Shown: positions 50,317-63,317, counted from the whole stretch's first letter. The stretch: 63,317 nt of DNA, filler included, from Collodictyon triciliatum (GCA_043381765.1; 53 parts of 53 records of this genome joined end to end with filler, not necessarily neighbours in it); one strand, 5' to 3'. Notes: a model not told the origin generated them from the letters alone. Program-made: numbers and translations.

Positions 50317-51323
50317 GTGAACTCAAAGACGTCTTTGATACATGCTACAGCTACTACCGAACCCAAGATGAGCAGAAGGAGCCTTTTGGCCCTCCCGAGG
50401 ATCCTTAGTAATACCATCATTCATACTATATCACTACATGTTTTCTTTCATTCATTTTTCCAAGCCTAGACAAAAACACGAAAACAGTAATTCTCCATAA
50501 TCCAATTCCTCCTTTTATCTTACTGTAATTTTCTCTTTCTCATCATATCATTATTATTTACGTTTCTTACAATATCGATGGCGACGTTGTAACAATGTTT
50601 ATTTATTAATTTATTTATTTATATATTATCAAATCTAGTCGATATACATACACAACTGGATATCCAATGCTGGAACCATCATTTGTTTTCACTCGTGACC
50701 TTCACGTTGGACCACATGATTCGTATGGAGATGCCGCCTATGCTCTGCTTGTGCCATACGGGATCGAAAATTCTACCGATTTTATCAATCAATTGAAGGT
50801 GCAATATTATCAGAACTACATATACCTGATTGCTAACACTTTCATAATAGTTGTACGGTGCATTTAAAATGATATTTTCTTTCATTTGATGCTTATATTT
50901 ATTACCTTTCTGTGGGGTAACTATCTCCTCTCGCACTCTTTTTTTTAAAAAAACAATACGAAACGCCCACCATAGGATGACGTTTGGATCGACCGTTCGA
51001 CAAGAGCAGTTGCTATCGACTTTGGATTTGCTAATGGAGACTTAGGATTCATCACAACAGTAGAATATGTAATTCTTTTCTCGGATATATACTATTGTAG
51101 GATTGTATTCCTATTGTTTTTCTTTTAATAAAATATTGCTCAGTGTCAATTTCGGAAGTTATTCATACTTTATATATTCCTAGTGTACATTAAAGCTTTC
51201 TTTAATTTTACAAAATACTAGTAATCACAACCTTCTCAATAATTTAATTTAATTAGCTCTTTGAGTTTTCACCAACAGGGAGAATTGAGCCCACACAACG
51301 CATATTAAGCTTTCCTTTGCTTA
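50317..51323 (+). CDS. Polycystin-2 (PKD2/TRPP)-like channel, extracellular TOP-domain exons
   Basis: TCYSYYRTQDEQKEPFGP...SYGDAAYALLV...FINQLK/DDVWIDRSTRAVAIDF.../FEFSPTG. Confidence 0.75.
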
Positions 51324-51509
51324 TGTAATGATTCAACATTATTATATCAATGTCTTTTTCTTTCTTTTTTAAACAAAAGCAAAAAATAAAATAAATAATA
51401 ATACAAAATNNNNNNNNNNNNNNNNNNNNNNNNNNNNNNNNNNNNNNNNNNNNTTAATTAATTAANNNNNNNNNNNNNNNNNNNNNNNNNNNNNNNNNNN
51501 NNNNNNNNN

Positions 51510-52602
51510 TCTGTAAAGAGGTTACTGCGCTTTATAAATCAAACAGTTCCTAAAGATGAGAATATTACGGATGCTATTAAAAAGGCAGAGCTTCGAAAGT
51601 TGAAAAAAAAGTCATCTTCAAGAAGCTCGAAATACTGGAACAATATAAAGGATGGGCTGCAACGCATTTGCATCGTATCATTCCCAGCGATATTGTAAAA
51701 GGTATCGAATATGACGTCAAAGTCAATTCAAATAAGTACATTCCATGTCTGATTTACATGAATCACATTTTTGAGGACATTGGGACCAAACTGTATTAAC
51801 CAATCTCTATAAGAACGAACAATATACAGTGTCATATTACTCTAGATACTGCATGTTTGATTTATCTATTAGTATCATCGGAAAAAACATTATTACTGAA
51901 GTATAGATCAGGATGGTAAGAGACCCCAGGGGATAATTTCTTTGAAATGAAGAAGAGGGTCTTTCATCAAAGAGTCTACAATTTTAAATACACGATACAA
52001 ACAGACGGCTTGGCGGTGTCATTATTGTTTGAAAAAGAAGGTTTTTCAAATCCAAAATTCAAATATAATCAAAAAAAAAAACCAAGAATACATTTATGTA
52101 GATGAACTTTCCGAAGAGCAGTTATCTTTATTAGCGACAAAAAAATAAATAAAATAGTTGGAGTGGACGCAGGCGAGTTTAATATGGTTTAGATGGCGGA
52201 TGAGGCAGGTGAGAAATTATGCTACACGGCACACCAAACAAGACATGATAGCAAATCTCCTCAAAATCACAAAATACTATTGCGCCTGAAAAAAAGAAGT
52301 ACAATGCTTCAGGGATATACATGGCAACAGGTTTACAAAGTGCTGTTTCTTTTGGTGTCACGACTTTTGAAGAGAATCAGCAGTTTGAGACATCAAGAGT
52401 ATCTTTAATCGATTAGAGACAGAACTGAGAAAACATAATTCATGCACGGTCGATTATGTATAATTCGGGGATATGTATCTATGAAATCAAGATACCAGAT
52501 AGAATTTTCCAGATTTTATGAACAAGTGACTTTTCGAAAGATGAGATGGATACAGTATGTTAATACAAAAAGAAGTGAACAGTTGTTTATGGACCGAATC
52601 GA
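51510..52602 (+). pseudogene. Fanzor1-like gene, central region with RuvC-I (decayed copy 3)
   Basis: VKRLLRFINQ...GIEYDVKVNSNKYIPCLIYMNHIFE...KLY*PISIRTNNIQCHITLDT...FKYTIQTDGLAVSLLF...IVGVDAG (52154-52174)...FYEQVTFRKMRWIQYVNTKRSEQLFMDRI. Overlaps copies 1 and 2. Confidence 0.85.
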
Positions 52603-53895
52603 NNNNNNNNNNNNNNNNNNNNNNNNNNNNNNNNNNNNNNNNNNNNTTAATTAATTAANNNNNNNNNNNNNNNNNNNNNNNNNNNNNNNNNNNNNNNNNN
52701 NNATCACGGTTGCTGCAAAGCGTGCATTGTTGGGAGACTTTGCCAGCTTTTGCCGCGCGTGTGCCTATCCATAGCTCCCTATTGGTGATATTAAGCATTA
52801 GAGAGCGGTGATTTGGAAGGGCTTGCGGGGTTCGTGCTTGTCTTTTCCCTTTTTCTTTTACTTTTATCCCTGTTTTTTTCTCTATCTCTCACATACCTAA
52901 CCTACTTTGGAACCACTCGCCGTATTGTTGAATGAAAGATTGTTGAGACGGGCTCAACAGCAAAGATTTTCGGATTACCCTGAGTCATTTTGGCAGGTGT
53001 AGGTCGCATCTCGGATTTCAATTTCTTTTTTCGGTCTGTCATCACCCACCTCTTCCCAAAATGGGGGAACCTATTCATTTTTTTGGTGTTCGGATGGAAT
53101 GGCATTCTATTTCGTGCGAATCGGGAATTTAGAGCCAAAGTGGAACATATGAGTATTTAGTAGTTATCATTCCATTAAACACGAATCTTCCACGATACTG
53201 ATATGGTATATTCTTTTATAGGACTATAATAATCCACATGTGGATAGTTCCTTTGCTTAGACCACGCGAGATAAATCTATCAAAATCGCGACGGACACAA
53301 GCACAACCACTGGTAGGCTCTAGTCAGGTTGCAACCGAAAGCACGGCAGAGAGAAAGACAGCCAACTTCCCACCAGTACCCTTCCAAGTTCCTAGACCTG
53401 AGCACAATGGTGAAAGGAAGCAAACCAGGTTAACTATTTCCCTTTTCCTTTATTGCTTTTTTCTTTTCTTTTTTCTTTTCTTTTTCTTTTCTTTATTCCT
53501 TTTTTCTTTTTTCTTTTCTTTTTCTTTGCTTTTTTCTTTTCTTTTTTCTTTTCTTTTTGCTTTTCTTTTTTCTTTTCTTTTTTCTTTTCTTTTTTCTTTT
53601 CTTTTTTCTTTTCTTTATTCCTTTCTTTATTCCTTTTTTCTTTTTTCTTTTTCTTTTTTCTTTTTTCTTTTTCTTTTTTCTTTTCTTTTTTCTTTTCTTT
53701 TTTCTTTTCTTTTTTCTTTTCTTTTTTCTTTATTCCTTTATTATTTATTCTTTGTTCTTTATTTCTTGTATTTTTCTTTTTTCTTTTTTCTTTTTNNNNN
53801 NNNNNNNNNNNNNNNNNNNNNNNNNNNNNNNNNNNNNNNTTAATTAATTAANNNNNNNNNNNNNNNNNNNNNNNNNNNNNNNNNNNNNNNNNNNN

Positions 53896-54987
53896 AAGGG
53901 AAACCCAAGCCAACTCGGTAACAGAATCGGGAAACAGCATAATGGCACCCAGCAAACCACACCCGCCTACCTCCTTAGAGGTCATGGCTCCTGGAACCAC
54001 CCAAGAGACTCTTTCTTCAGTAAGTACTGCGCAATCCATAAGAATCGACGTCCTGGACTCGGGATTGGAAGAACAATCCATCCAACCTGTCGTCATCATA
54101 GAAGGTTCTACTGAAGAAGAATGTGAACACCTTGAAGCTTCGGGATCGACAAATGACTCCTCAAGTACTGTTTATGGGAGCAGACTTACTGTCGAAACTC
54201 TTGCGACTCCCCAGCGAGAAACGCCTTCCTATCCAAGAAAAAGAAATGTAGACGAATATAAAACACCGGTTACTCATCCTGTCATCACTGACGCACCAAA
54301 AAATATCGAAGCAGTCGAAGATAAAGCCTCGCCCGATGAAAAGAGAATAAATCAGTCAAGTACACCATCGAATATAGCGAGCCAGAAAGCAAGTCAGAAT
54401 GAGAGTGGAAACATGGGTTGGCCCTGCCTACTGCGTGGATGAGGGAGAAAAATTGGAACCGAGGGGTACCGATGGCCAACAGAGTGCATCTCCCAACATA
54501 CCAGCTACAAAGGGGGTGCAGTCAAAAGCCCAAGACCATCCGACAAATCCTGGCCGAACCGCGAGCAATAATAGCACCGGCCAAATGAAGGATAACTCGA
54601 GTAAACCATCTCACCCTGAGCAACCCAGCTCCAGCGAAGAGGGCCAACCACCGGAGGCTACGGCCTCCAAAAGCCAATAGACTTTATATGCGTTTTAACG
54701 TTCTGTCGTGGAACGTTAGGGGGATTAATGACCCCCAAAAAAGAAAAGAGGCCCTAAACACTGCTCTTTTCTCTCATGCAGATATAATCTGCCTCCAAGA
54801 AACATGGCTCAGCCCTGATAATCTAACCAATGATGAAATATAGAAACGTCCACAAATGTGGTTATGTGACGATAACCAGCAGAGACATGCAGGTGTAGCG
54901 TTTCTATGCAAGAAATGGATAGCCAAACTCAATCCTCGCTTCAGAGAGATTATTCCTGGCCGCTGCATAAGTCTCGATATCCAAATA
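53896..54987 (+). mobile_element. Decayed LINE ORF1 end and ORF2 APE endonuclease start (copy B)
   Basis: ORF1 stop at 54678-54680, a 7-nt spacer, then ATG 54688 MRFNVLSWNVRGINDPQKRK...DIICLQETW. Homologous to 16827-17545. Confidence 0.88.
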
Positions 54988-56016
54988 NNNNNNNNNNNNN
55001 NNNNNNNNNNNNNNNNNNNNNNNNNNNNNNNTTAATTAATTAANNNNNNNNNNNNNNNNNNNNNNNNNNNNNNNNNNNNNNNNNNNNGCGTATCCATACT
55101 CCGGTTGAGCAAAGTCCACTGCCGGCTACGCATGGTTCCGAAACCAGGGGACGGTCAAGCGCCACTTCCGATAATTCCAGACAAACAACGATGTATCGCT
55201 TTTTGTCTGAGTCGCCCAGCAAGAAACGCAAGGAAAGTGACCCGTTGTACCCTCAAAAGACTCATCCTGTGGAATGAAATGGAATGTAAACCTTGTCTGA
55301 GATAGATGATTGAAAGGACTCGTCGGAATCGATTTGAGAAGTAACTGCCATGTGCGTACTTTCATCAACCCGACAACTATATCCGCTCTTTTATCAGCCT
55401 CGAACACAACCAGAAATCGCGTTGGAGCTGAACCACCACGGTTAGAATAGTCTGCGCGTGAGAACACTTTCTCTCCTTTCTATCTTCTTTTTTTTCTCCC
55501 AAAACACAAAAACTCCAACCACACAATCTAGGTTTCCGCTGTCTTGTCCACAGCTCATTTCTGTCCTAGAGGCGAAGGCGGTTTCCTTGGCTTTGTTTTC
55601 TTTTTTTCCCATTAAAGTAATTATTGCAAAAAAACCAAAGAGTTATCATCTATATATTATAGAGATGAGAACATTACAAAACTGTATAGTACTCTTGATT
55701 TTATCCTCAGAACCGTTTTAGATATGTTTTCTTCAAAGCTTTGCTCTTTATTATTTTTCTCCATTTCAATATCAAATTGAAGAAATGGCGAGCCCGACTC
55801 AAAGGTCTGGGGAATTCCACTTCGATCCTTCTGCAAACGAGTATTCTGCCCCAGAGCAGAGAATGCCCGAAGACCACTGCAGAGAGAATAGTTCAGAGGC
55901 AATATTTTTGTATTTTTTGAAAATAATTATTGTGTTCTTAAGAGCGCGTTTACATGGTGCGTTTTTAAGACATAAATGTTAAATCCATTATTTCACATTT
56001 TACGTATTCTGGATAC

Positions 56017-56179
56017 ATCAATCAACAATCAACAATCAACAATCAACAATCAACAATCAACAATCAACAATGAACAATGAACAATGAACAATGAACAATG
56101 AACAATGAACAATGAACAATGAACAATGAACAATGAACAATGAACAATGAACAATGAACAATGAACAATGAACAATGAA
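56017..56179. repeat. Heptamer microsatellite (TCAACAA)n switching to (TGAACAA)n
   Basis: Direct inspection. Confidence 0.93.
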
Positions 56180-57654
56180 NNNNNNNNNNNNNNNNNNNNN
56201 NNNNNNNNNNNNNNNNNNNNNNNTTAATTAATTAANNNNNNNNNNNNNNNNNNNNNNNNNNNNNNNNNNNNNNNNNNNNTAAAAGACAAATAAAAGACAA
56301 ATAAAAGACAAATAAAAGACAAATAAAAGACAAATAAAAGACAAATAAAAGACAAATAAAAGACAAATAAAAGACAAAAAAAGACAAAAAAAGACAAAAA
56401 AAGACAAAAAAAGACAAAAAAAGACAAAAAAAGACAAAAAAAGACAAAAAAGACAAAAAAAGACAAAAAAACAAAACAGAAAAGAGAATGCATAATTAGG
56501 GGCATACTATGCAATAGATGATATTAAATTAAAATGAAAACTAAATGAAGCTGAATGCAAACATAAAACGTATAGATACACCATAACATCACAAATATAC
56601 ATCGTACTAAACATCAAATTACTAATCTCATGACGAAACTGAGCATTATCGTCCCAATTTCGGCTGCGGCGTAATTGTCCCCTGGACTCGTGCATTTCTG
56701 GCTGTGTTCTTGCGAACGAAGCAAGCTCTTCCACCTGAAGGGCGAATCGACTGCATTAACACCGCCTTGGCAGGAAAAACTCAAGGATACGACAAACAAA
56801 AACTGACGATACATGCAAATACGAGCAACCACCAATGCGCACAAACCTGTTGCCCGAGCACGGCTATGGCCACGTCCATCCCCGCGAGAACGTCGTCAAT
56901 GCCACCAGGACCTGCGTTGATTCCTGCCTCAGACTCTGTTTCCATGCTTGCCTCGGTTTCCGTCTTTGTGCGAAAGGGAGGTTGCGCTGCTCTTGAGACG
57001 TGGGGATCGACTTCTGCAAGGTGGTGCCAAAGGACGTTCACGGTCGCGTCCCATTCCCTGTCGAGACACACCTGCGCGGTCTGCATTGTTCCGCGTTGCT
57101 TGCGACTCCGGCGTTCTGCAAGGCGAGTTTGGGGCGCTGTCAGACTTGCTTTCTCTTTGGCGTTTGAGACGACAGAGTACGCTGGGCCACATGTTTCATG
57201 GCACGCTTGCTGGGAGGGGCTTTTGCCTCTTTGCGATGTTCTGACAGACGATGCTTTCTTCGCTCTTTTTCTTCTTTTTTCTCTTTTCCGCTCCTTTTCT
57301 ACTTTCTACTTATTTCTTTTTTGGGTCTTGTTTAGTTTATCGCTGCTGCTGCAATCGTGTGTGCGAATAGNNNNNNNNNNNNNNNNNNNNNNNNNNNNNN
57401 NNNNNNNNNNNNNNTTAATTAATTAANNNNNNNNNNNNNNNNNNNNNNNNNNNNNNNNNNNNNNNNNNNNGGCTCTTGCAAAACTCAAGAGGCAAAATGA
57501 GTTGCGTGAAGAAAGGGAAATCAAGAATCAAAAAGAGAAAATAACGAAATAGAAAAGTGGAAGGTGAAATAATCAAAAAAAAAAGAAATGGAGTTTAAGA
57601 TGTACTGAAGTTTTTTTTATAAATGTATTCATGTAACAGCTCCTAATGAGACAT

Positions 57655-58457
57655 GCTACGGGATTATGACACGGGATTATGCCACGGGATTATGACACGG
57701 GATTATGATATGGGATTAAGATACAGGATTATGATACGGGATTATGACACGGGGTTATGCCACTGGATTTGCCACGGGATTATGATGTGGGATTATGACA
57801 CGGGATTATGACACGGCATTATACACGGGATTATGACACGGGATTATGATACGGGATTATGCCACGGGATTATGTCACTACGGGGTTATGGCATGGGATT
57901 ATGCTACGGGATTATGACACGGAATTATGCCACGGGATTATGACACAGGATTATGCACGAGATTATGACACGAGATTATGACACGAGATTATGACACGAG
58001 ATTATGCCACGGGATTATGCCACGGGATTATGCCACGGGATTATGATACGGGATTATGTCACGGGATTATGCACAGGAATACTGCAGGATTATGCCACGG
58101 GATTATAATACGGGATTATGACACGGGGTTATGATACGGGGTTATGATACGGGATTATGATACGGATTATGATACGGGGTTTATGACACGGGATTATGAT
58201 ACGGGGTTATGGCATGGGATTATGCTACGGGATTATGACACGGAATTATGCCACGGGATTATGACACAGGATTATGGCACGGGATTATGATACGGGGTTA
58301 TGCACGAGATTATGATACGGGATTATGTCACGGGATTATGCACAGGAATACTGCAGGATTATGCCACGGGATTATGACACGAGATTATGCCGCGGGGTTA
58401 TGATACGGGATTATGACACGGCATTATGCCATGGGATTATGCCACGGGATTATGCAA
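57655..58457. repeat. 13-bp GGGATTATG-core minisatellite, copy 2
   Basis: Same unit and homologous flanks as 9972-10605, but a longer array with a different order of variants. Confidence 0.95.
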
Positions 58458-58660
58458 GAGTTTACTTTATCACTGGGTGGGATGGTTTGTGTTTGTATCA
58501 TATATGATTTTTCTTTTTTTCTTTCTTTTTTCTTTTTTCTTTTTTTCTTTTTTTCTTTTTNNNNNNNNNNNNNNNNNNNNNNNNNNNNNNNNNNNNNNNN
58601 NNNNTTAATTAATTAANNNNNNNNNNNNNNNNNNNNNNNNNNNNNNNNNNNNNNNNNNNN

Positions 58661-58899
58661 AAAGCAGAGAACACTTTCGCATCGAGGGGATTCGTTTCTG
58701 CTGCAAAGAGTTTCTTCCTAGCAGGCGATATGTTGTGGTTCATGATGACGCCCTCATTTTTCAGCGTTCTGGAGACGGAGCAGATACTTACTTCATATTT
58801 TGCCGCGACGTCGGCTCGAGACCATTTCTTTTCTCTCACTTTTTCGATAATCTCTCTCTTCTCTCCAACAGACAGTCTCTTCCTTGGTGAAGGTGGCAT
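58661..58899 (-). mobile_element. pogo/Tigger-type transposase (CENP-B-like HTH) N-terminus
   Basis: RKRLSVGEKREIIEKV...SRADVAAKYEVSICSVSRTLKN...RKKL....NPLDAKVF. Truncated by the contig end; could equally be a domesticated CENP-B-like gene. Confidence 0.75.
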
Positions 58900-60298
58900 A
58901 CTTGCGATGAATTTGAGGTGAATCTACATATGATTCAAACTAAGGCTTCCTCAACTCGTATTTAGACGTCCGGGTTTTTTTTGCAACAGTGAACAGAGAG
59001 TTGCATGGATTCAAGCGATTAAATCCTCGTGGGTGAAGGAAAGAAACAAAATTCATGCAGATAGAATATGAAATCTACATCGATTGATGATGGCCATATA
59101 AAGGCATCATGCAAACATGAATCATTCACAATCAATAATGCCAACGAGGGGCATATTGAAATGATAAATCAATGTTCGTCGATAGGTTCAATCATGGGCA
59201 CATTGAAACCACAAGAAGTTGATAATCAACAAAGCCAAGGATTTCTACGCTGAAGTGGATGTACAAATCACAAATCCTTAACGTGATCTTTCAAAAATAC
59301 GTTAACACATGGTACTGTTGGCTAATTTTTGTATACTATCAGATTATATCTTCTGATAATTAGAATAAGAGGAAAGAATATCAGCGCTGATGGAGTGGTA
59401 ATAAATGATATGAAAAAGAGACAAGGTTGCCACGAAAAGTCTTGGTGGTTGACAGGTGTGGCATGGCGATATTCGGGGGCCTTCTACATGCACATTTCGA
59501 CAGAAAAAATCAATTACTAAATTGGTCACAATACACTGAACATTCATTGTTATGAGCTATCTTGGGAAAGTTCATTATCTATCACTGGAAAATTGGGAAT
59601 TTTTGGTGTCCTTCAGAATGCAACTTTTGCCAATAAGCACATGCTTGTTGAAGGGGGTAAGTTATAGGCATCCCCGCCCTGTATTCACGCTAAAAATAGT
59701 ATGTTGCGAACTGTTTCCTTTTTTTGTCCAGATTGTCGGTTACGAAAGTTNNNNNNNNNNNNNNNNNNNNNNNNNNNNNNNNNNNNNNNNNNNNTTAATT
59801 AATTAANNNNNNNNNNNNNNNNNNNNNNNNNNNNNNNNNNNNNNNNNNNNACCTGATTGGATATGATAGTTTGCCTGCTAGAAAATATGGTTTTGTTCGT
59901 TTGCTTGTCATTTTTCTATCTGTAGGCACCTACCCTGACGATTTTCTCCCCCATGTTTTGTTTGATTACATACATAGTTTGCTTTTGTTATTGTCACATA
60001 AACTAAATATATTTTCTTTTAACGCAAAAAACAAAAATAAAAAATAGTAAGGAGTAAAGCAACATATATATTCTCAATCAATTCTAGCAAACATGATAGC
60101 ATAGCGGTATAGCTTTTATAATGATAAAGGAAGAGATAAACCATAGAATCAGGGGGAAAATATTCAAATACACCTGAATTACCCCATCACATCCCACGTT
60201 TATTTTTTCTAGTTGCATTTATGATACTGGATAAAAGTAGACAATAATCACGAAGAGCTCCCACTTTCCTGTTCATTAAATATTCTTACTTTCCCACC

Positions 60299-60409
60299 CA
60301 AGCACGAAGTCGCCAGTTGAGGGTGAAGTGAGTGGAATTCAACACCAGTGACTGTGTCCGTGTAGCTCACTATTTTATGTAAGACTGTTCCTTTGTGAAG
60401 GTCGTGCAA
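60299..60409 (-). CDS. Possible WD40-repeat exon
   Basis: LHDLHKGTVLHKIVSYTDTVTGVEFHSLHPQLATSCL, ending at a GT donor. Confidence 0.45.
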
Positions 60410-60779
60410 TTATCCAGGCTATATGAATACGCATCGGATTTTAGTCAGCACTAGCCATTACTTCATATCGACCACACATTGTTGCTCTGTAAATTATAAT
60501 TTTCATAGAAGAGACTCTAGTATATCATAATTCATTGTTGTTGATGTTGTATATCATAAACTAATTATTCAGAATAATAAAAGTTAATTTGGCTCGCAAC
60601 CTGTATTTTTAAATTCAACAAACTTTGTCTTCTAATCCACAATCCAAAAATCGTAAACAAAGGGCTGCATGATATACTGATATTTATTTATGCGGTTATA
60701 TGCCCCTCAAACCTTCGAACGAACCTGGGCATTGTATTTGTGTGAAAAAAAAGTATAAAAGTACGTAAATGAAACACTA

Positions 60780-60816
<37 letters not shown>

Positions 60817-61042
60817 GTACTAATAAAAATAATAATAACAATAACAATAATAATAATAATACTAATAATAATACTAATAATAATACTAATAATAATACTA
60901 ATAATAATACTAATAATAATACTAATAATAATACTAATANNNNNNNNNNNNNNNNNNNNNNNNNNNNNNNNNNNNNNNNNNNNTTAATTAATTAANNNNN
61001 NNNNNNNNNNNNNNNNNNNNNNNNNNNNNNNNNNNNNNNTAG

Positions 61043-61463
61043 TGGGTTCCCGAGTTGAGACATCACATGCCCCGCACCCCTATCATTTTGGTTGGCACAA
61101 AGTCAGATTTAAGAGACGAGGCTGTTTCCAGTGGCTCCACAAAGAATTTTATTCGCACAAACGAGGTAAGAATCTCACTACACATAAAGGCAATCAGTTC
61201 CTGGCCTTTTTTTTTTTCTTCTTCTTCTTCCTTGTATGCCGGAATATTGATATCAATTGTAATAGATCCACAATCATTCTTCTGATGTTCTAATTATATA
61301 TGCATAAAAAAAGGGCCAGGACCTGTCCAAGCAAATTGGTGCAAGTGAATATATAGAAACATCAGCCATGATGGCTAAGAATGTCAAAGCACTGTTTGAC
61401 ACCTGCATCAAGACTGTCATGACTCCTAAGCCGAAGAAGAAGCCAGTCTGCTCAATCATGTAA
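61043..61463 (+). CDS. Rho/Rac-family small GTPase, C-terminal 2 exons
   Basis: Exons 61043-61165 and 61314-61463: [25 protein letters not shown].../...YIETSA...[14 protein letters not shown] (G4, G5, polybasic tail, CAAX). Confidence 0.95.
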
Positions 61464-62976
61464 ATTGATTGCTAGAGTGATAAGAAAGGCCTCACACACC
61501 GTCCTTATGAAAGTGTAATCAGCCCTGCCACCCTTGGAGTAAGTACATTCCAAATGAGCGTGCTATCAAACTTTTGATAGCATTCGCTCATTTTTATGAT
61601 ACTTTTCCATTCTCATCTCCACCTCTTTCACACGTTTAACATGACCGAAACAGGTCCCAAATGGTTTTGATTGCGCAGATTGTTGGACCTTTTCAACCAA
61701 CACGTTTGTGCAATTGAACCCATTTGAGATTTACTTCTGCTTGTATTTTCGTGTCTCCTTCATATCACCACTCATTCACTGCCATGCCCCTCCCTTGACC
61801 TTTGAAAACTTGTGTCAACCTCTCCTTGTGCTGTGTGCGAATTGCTCAGGTAGCATTTCATGGAGAACTTAGTTTATGAAGCCATTTTTTTGGGGAAAGA
61901 GTACTCCCAGATGCCACGCAGGCAACATTCAGTTCGAGGTACCAGGCAAAAAGCCCTTGAAAAGGTCACTTTTCTTTGGTTTGTCTGGTTGCGTTGGTTG
62001 GATGGTCATTAATGACGCGCCTGCGGTGTTTCATAGATCCTTCGTTGGAGTGTACACCTGAAAGTTTCACACAAAAATCAGGAGAGAAGCCTCATCTTAG
62101 ACACAAGTTCATCCCCCTCCTTCTTCTGNNNNNNNNNNNNNNNNNNNNNNNNNNNNNNNNNNNNNNNNNNNNTTAATTAATTAANNNNNNNNNNNNNNNN
62201 NNNNNNNNNNNNNNNNNNNNNNNNNNNNGATGTAACTGGCAGTTGAACTCTCCTGCACTTCTTTTGGATGAGAGAAACCGACAGGCCCTGGGTTTGAAAA
62301 AGAGTGTGGGGTTTGGCAGTTTTGCTGCTTGGCCGGGATATTGCCCACGCTTGCAGCTCCATCTTGTCCGCCTTCCGCTGCGGTGCTCACATACTCTCGC
62401 TTTTGGGTCTGAAAATGAGGTGTCAAAGCGAATCCAGCTCCTACAGCTTGTCTCGTCGCTGAGTTCGTCCCCAAACCGAATGCGCGGTCGAGTACGCCAT
62501 GTGAGTCACGGTTGGAGTCATTTCTTGCAGTTTCTTCGGCAATACCATCCATCAGCTCTACATAAAAGGGAAGTCACTCCAGTGAGGAAAAATGAGAATA
62601 GTCCAGGGTGTGCATGATTTATATGAGATGGGTCATCTGCAACATGATAAGGGCGATTTAGGATTCTGTTGTGTTGGGCAGCAGCCTTCTCTCGCTTTTT
62701 TTCTGCTTTTTTTTACTCAAGGAACGAGCCCAAATTTGGATAATCTTCAGTCCTTCTTTTACTTCCACCATCCCATTCCCAATCATTTATGTGTAATGAC
62801 AAAGTGTGTATGTTTCTCCAATTAAGGAATTGGGTGCTCGTGTAACTTACTATCAAAATTTATATACAAAATATATATACAATTGATACGCATTAGCATG
62901 CATTAAATATAATTGACCTGCAAAATAAGAATCATTGTATTTTCCACATGCGATCTGTTGGATGGCCAAAACTTTG

Positions 62977-63048
62977 TGGGGGTGGCAGGCATCAACCCGT
63001 TACCTCTCGCATGCTAAGCGAGCGCTATACCATCCGAGCTACACCCCC
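62977..63048 (-). tRNA. tRNA-Ala(AGC), degenerate and probably a pseudogene
   Basis: Acceptor stem GGGGGTG/CACCCCC and anticodon arm CTCGC-TTAGCAT-GCGAG are perfect. The D-stem has a mismatch (GCTC/TAGC), the T-stem has a mismatch, and the T-loop is 6 nt (TTGATG). Confidence 0.85.
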
Positions 63049-63317
63049 TTCCTTGTTGGGAATGAGAGCATAGTATTAAATCTTATAGTTACCACGTTTT
63101 CTTTAGTGGGGTGATTGTTTTTAATTATTTATCATTGTCTTATATATTTTCAAGTCACTTTCAAATTCCCATTTCACCTGATGGCGTTTTGAAAATCAAG
63201 TTCCGTCGAAATGATGGACATTAGATTCACAACCCGACTGCATTGGGAGACTTGCAAGAACAACGCCAGCAGGAGATAAGAAATTAAAAAAATTCAAACT
63301 TTATACTCACACCCAGC

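Noticed and set aside
56704-57370. GC-rich ORFs as a gene or TE
   Set aside because: Several overlapping frames, no motif and no second copy in the window.

Overview
This window is not a continuous locus. It is 53 unrelated contigs of about 1.1 kb, joined by 52 artificial 100-nt linkers (N44-TTAATTAATTAA-N44), so gene neighbourhood across linkers means nothing. The DNA is from an AT-rich, intron-rich, microsatellite-laden eukaryote, probably a flagellated or amoeboid protist (myosin, SCAR/WAVE-like, Rac/Rho, PKD2-like and NWE-motif ciliary protein fragments; standard genetic code). Many contigs end in simple repeats, and most entries in the ORF track are artefacts of these. Mobile or foreign DNA is prominent. 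Three overlapping decayed copies of a Fanzor1-type (TnpB-derived, RNA-guided nuclease) gene together rebuild about 540 aa, including RuvC-I and the GDWS motif. There is also an intact, intronless PolA-related TV-Pol gene of virophage or Polinton-like-virus type, several L1/Tx1-like LINE fragments and a pogo-type transposase N-terminus. Other notable signals: a 1.1-kb hexamer array whose variation is almost entirely synonymous for a (Gln-Ser)n frame, an LRR gene with an invariant backbone and a hypervariable concave face, and an intron-containing bacterial-type GltS transporter. All family assignments come from motif recognition, not database searches.
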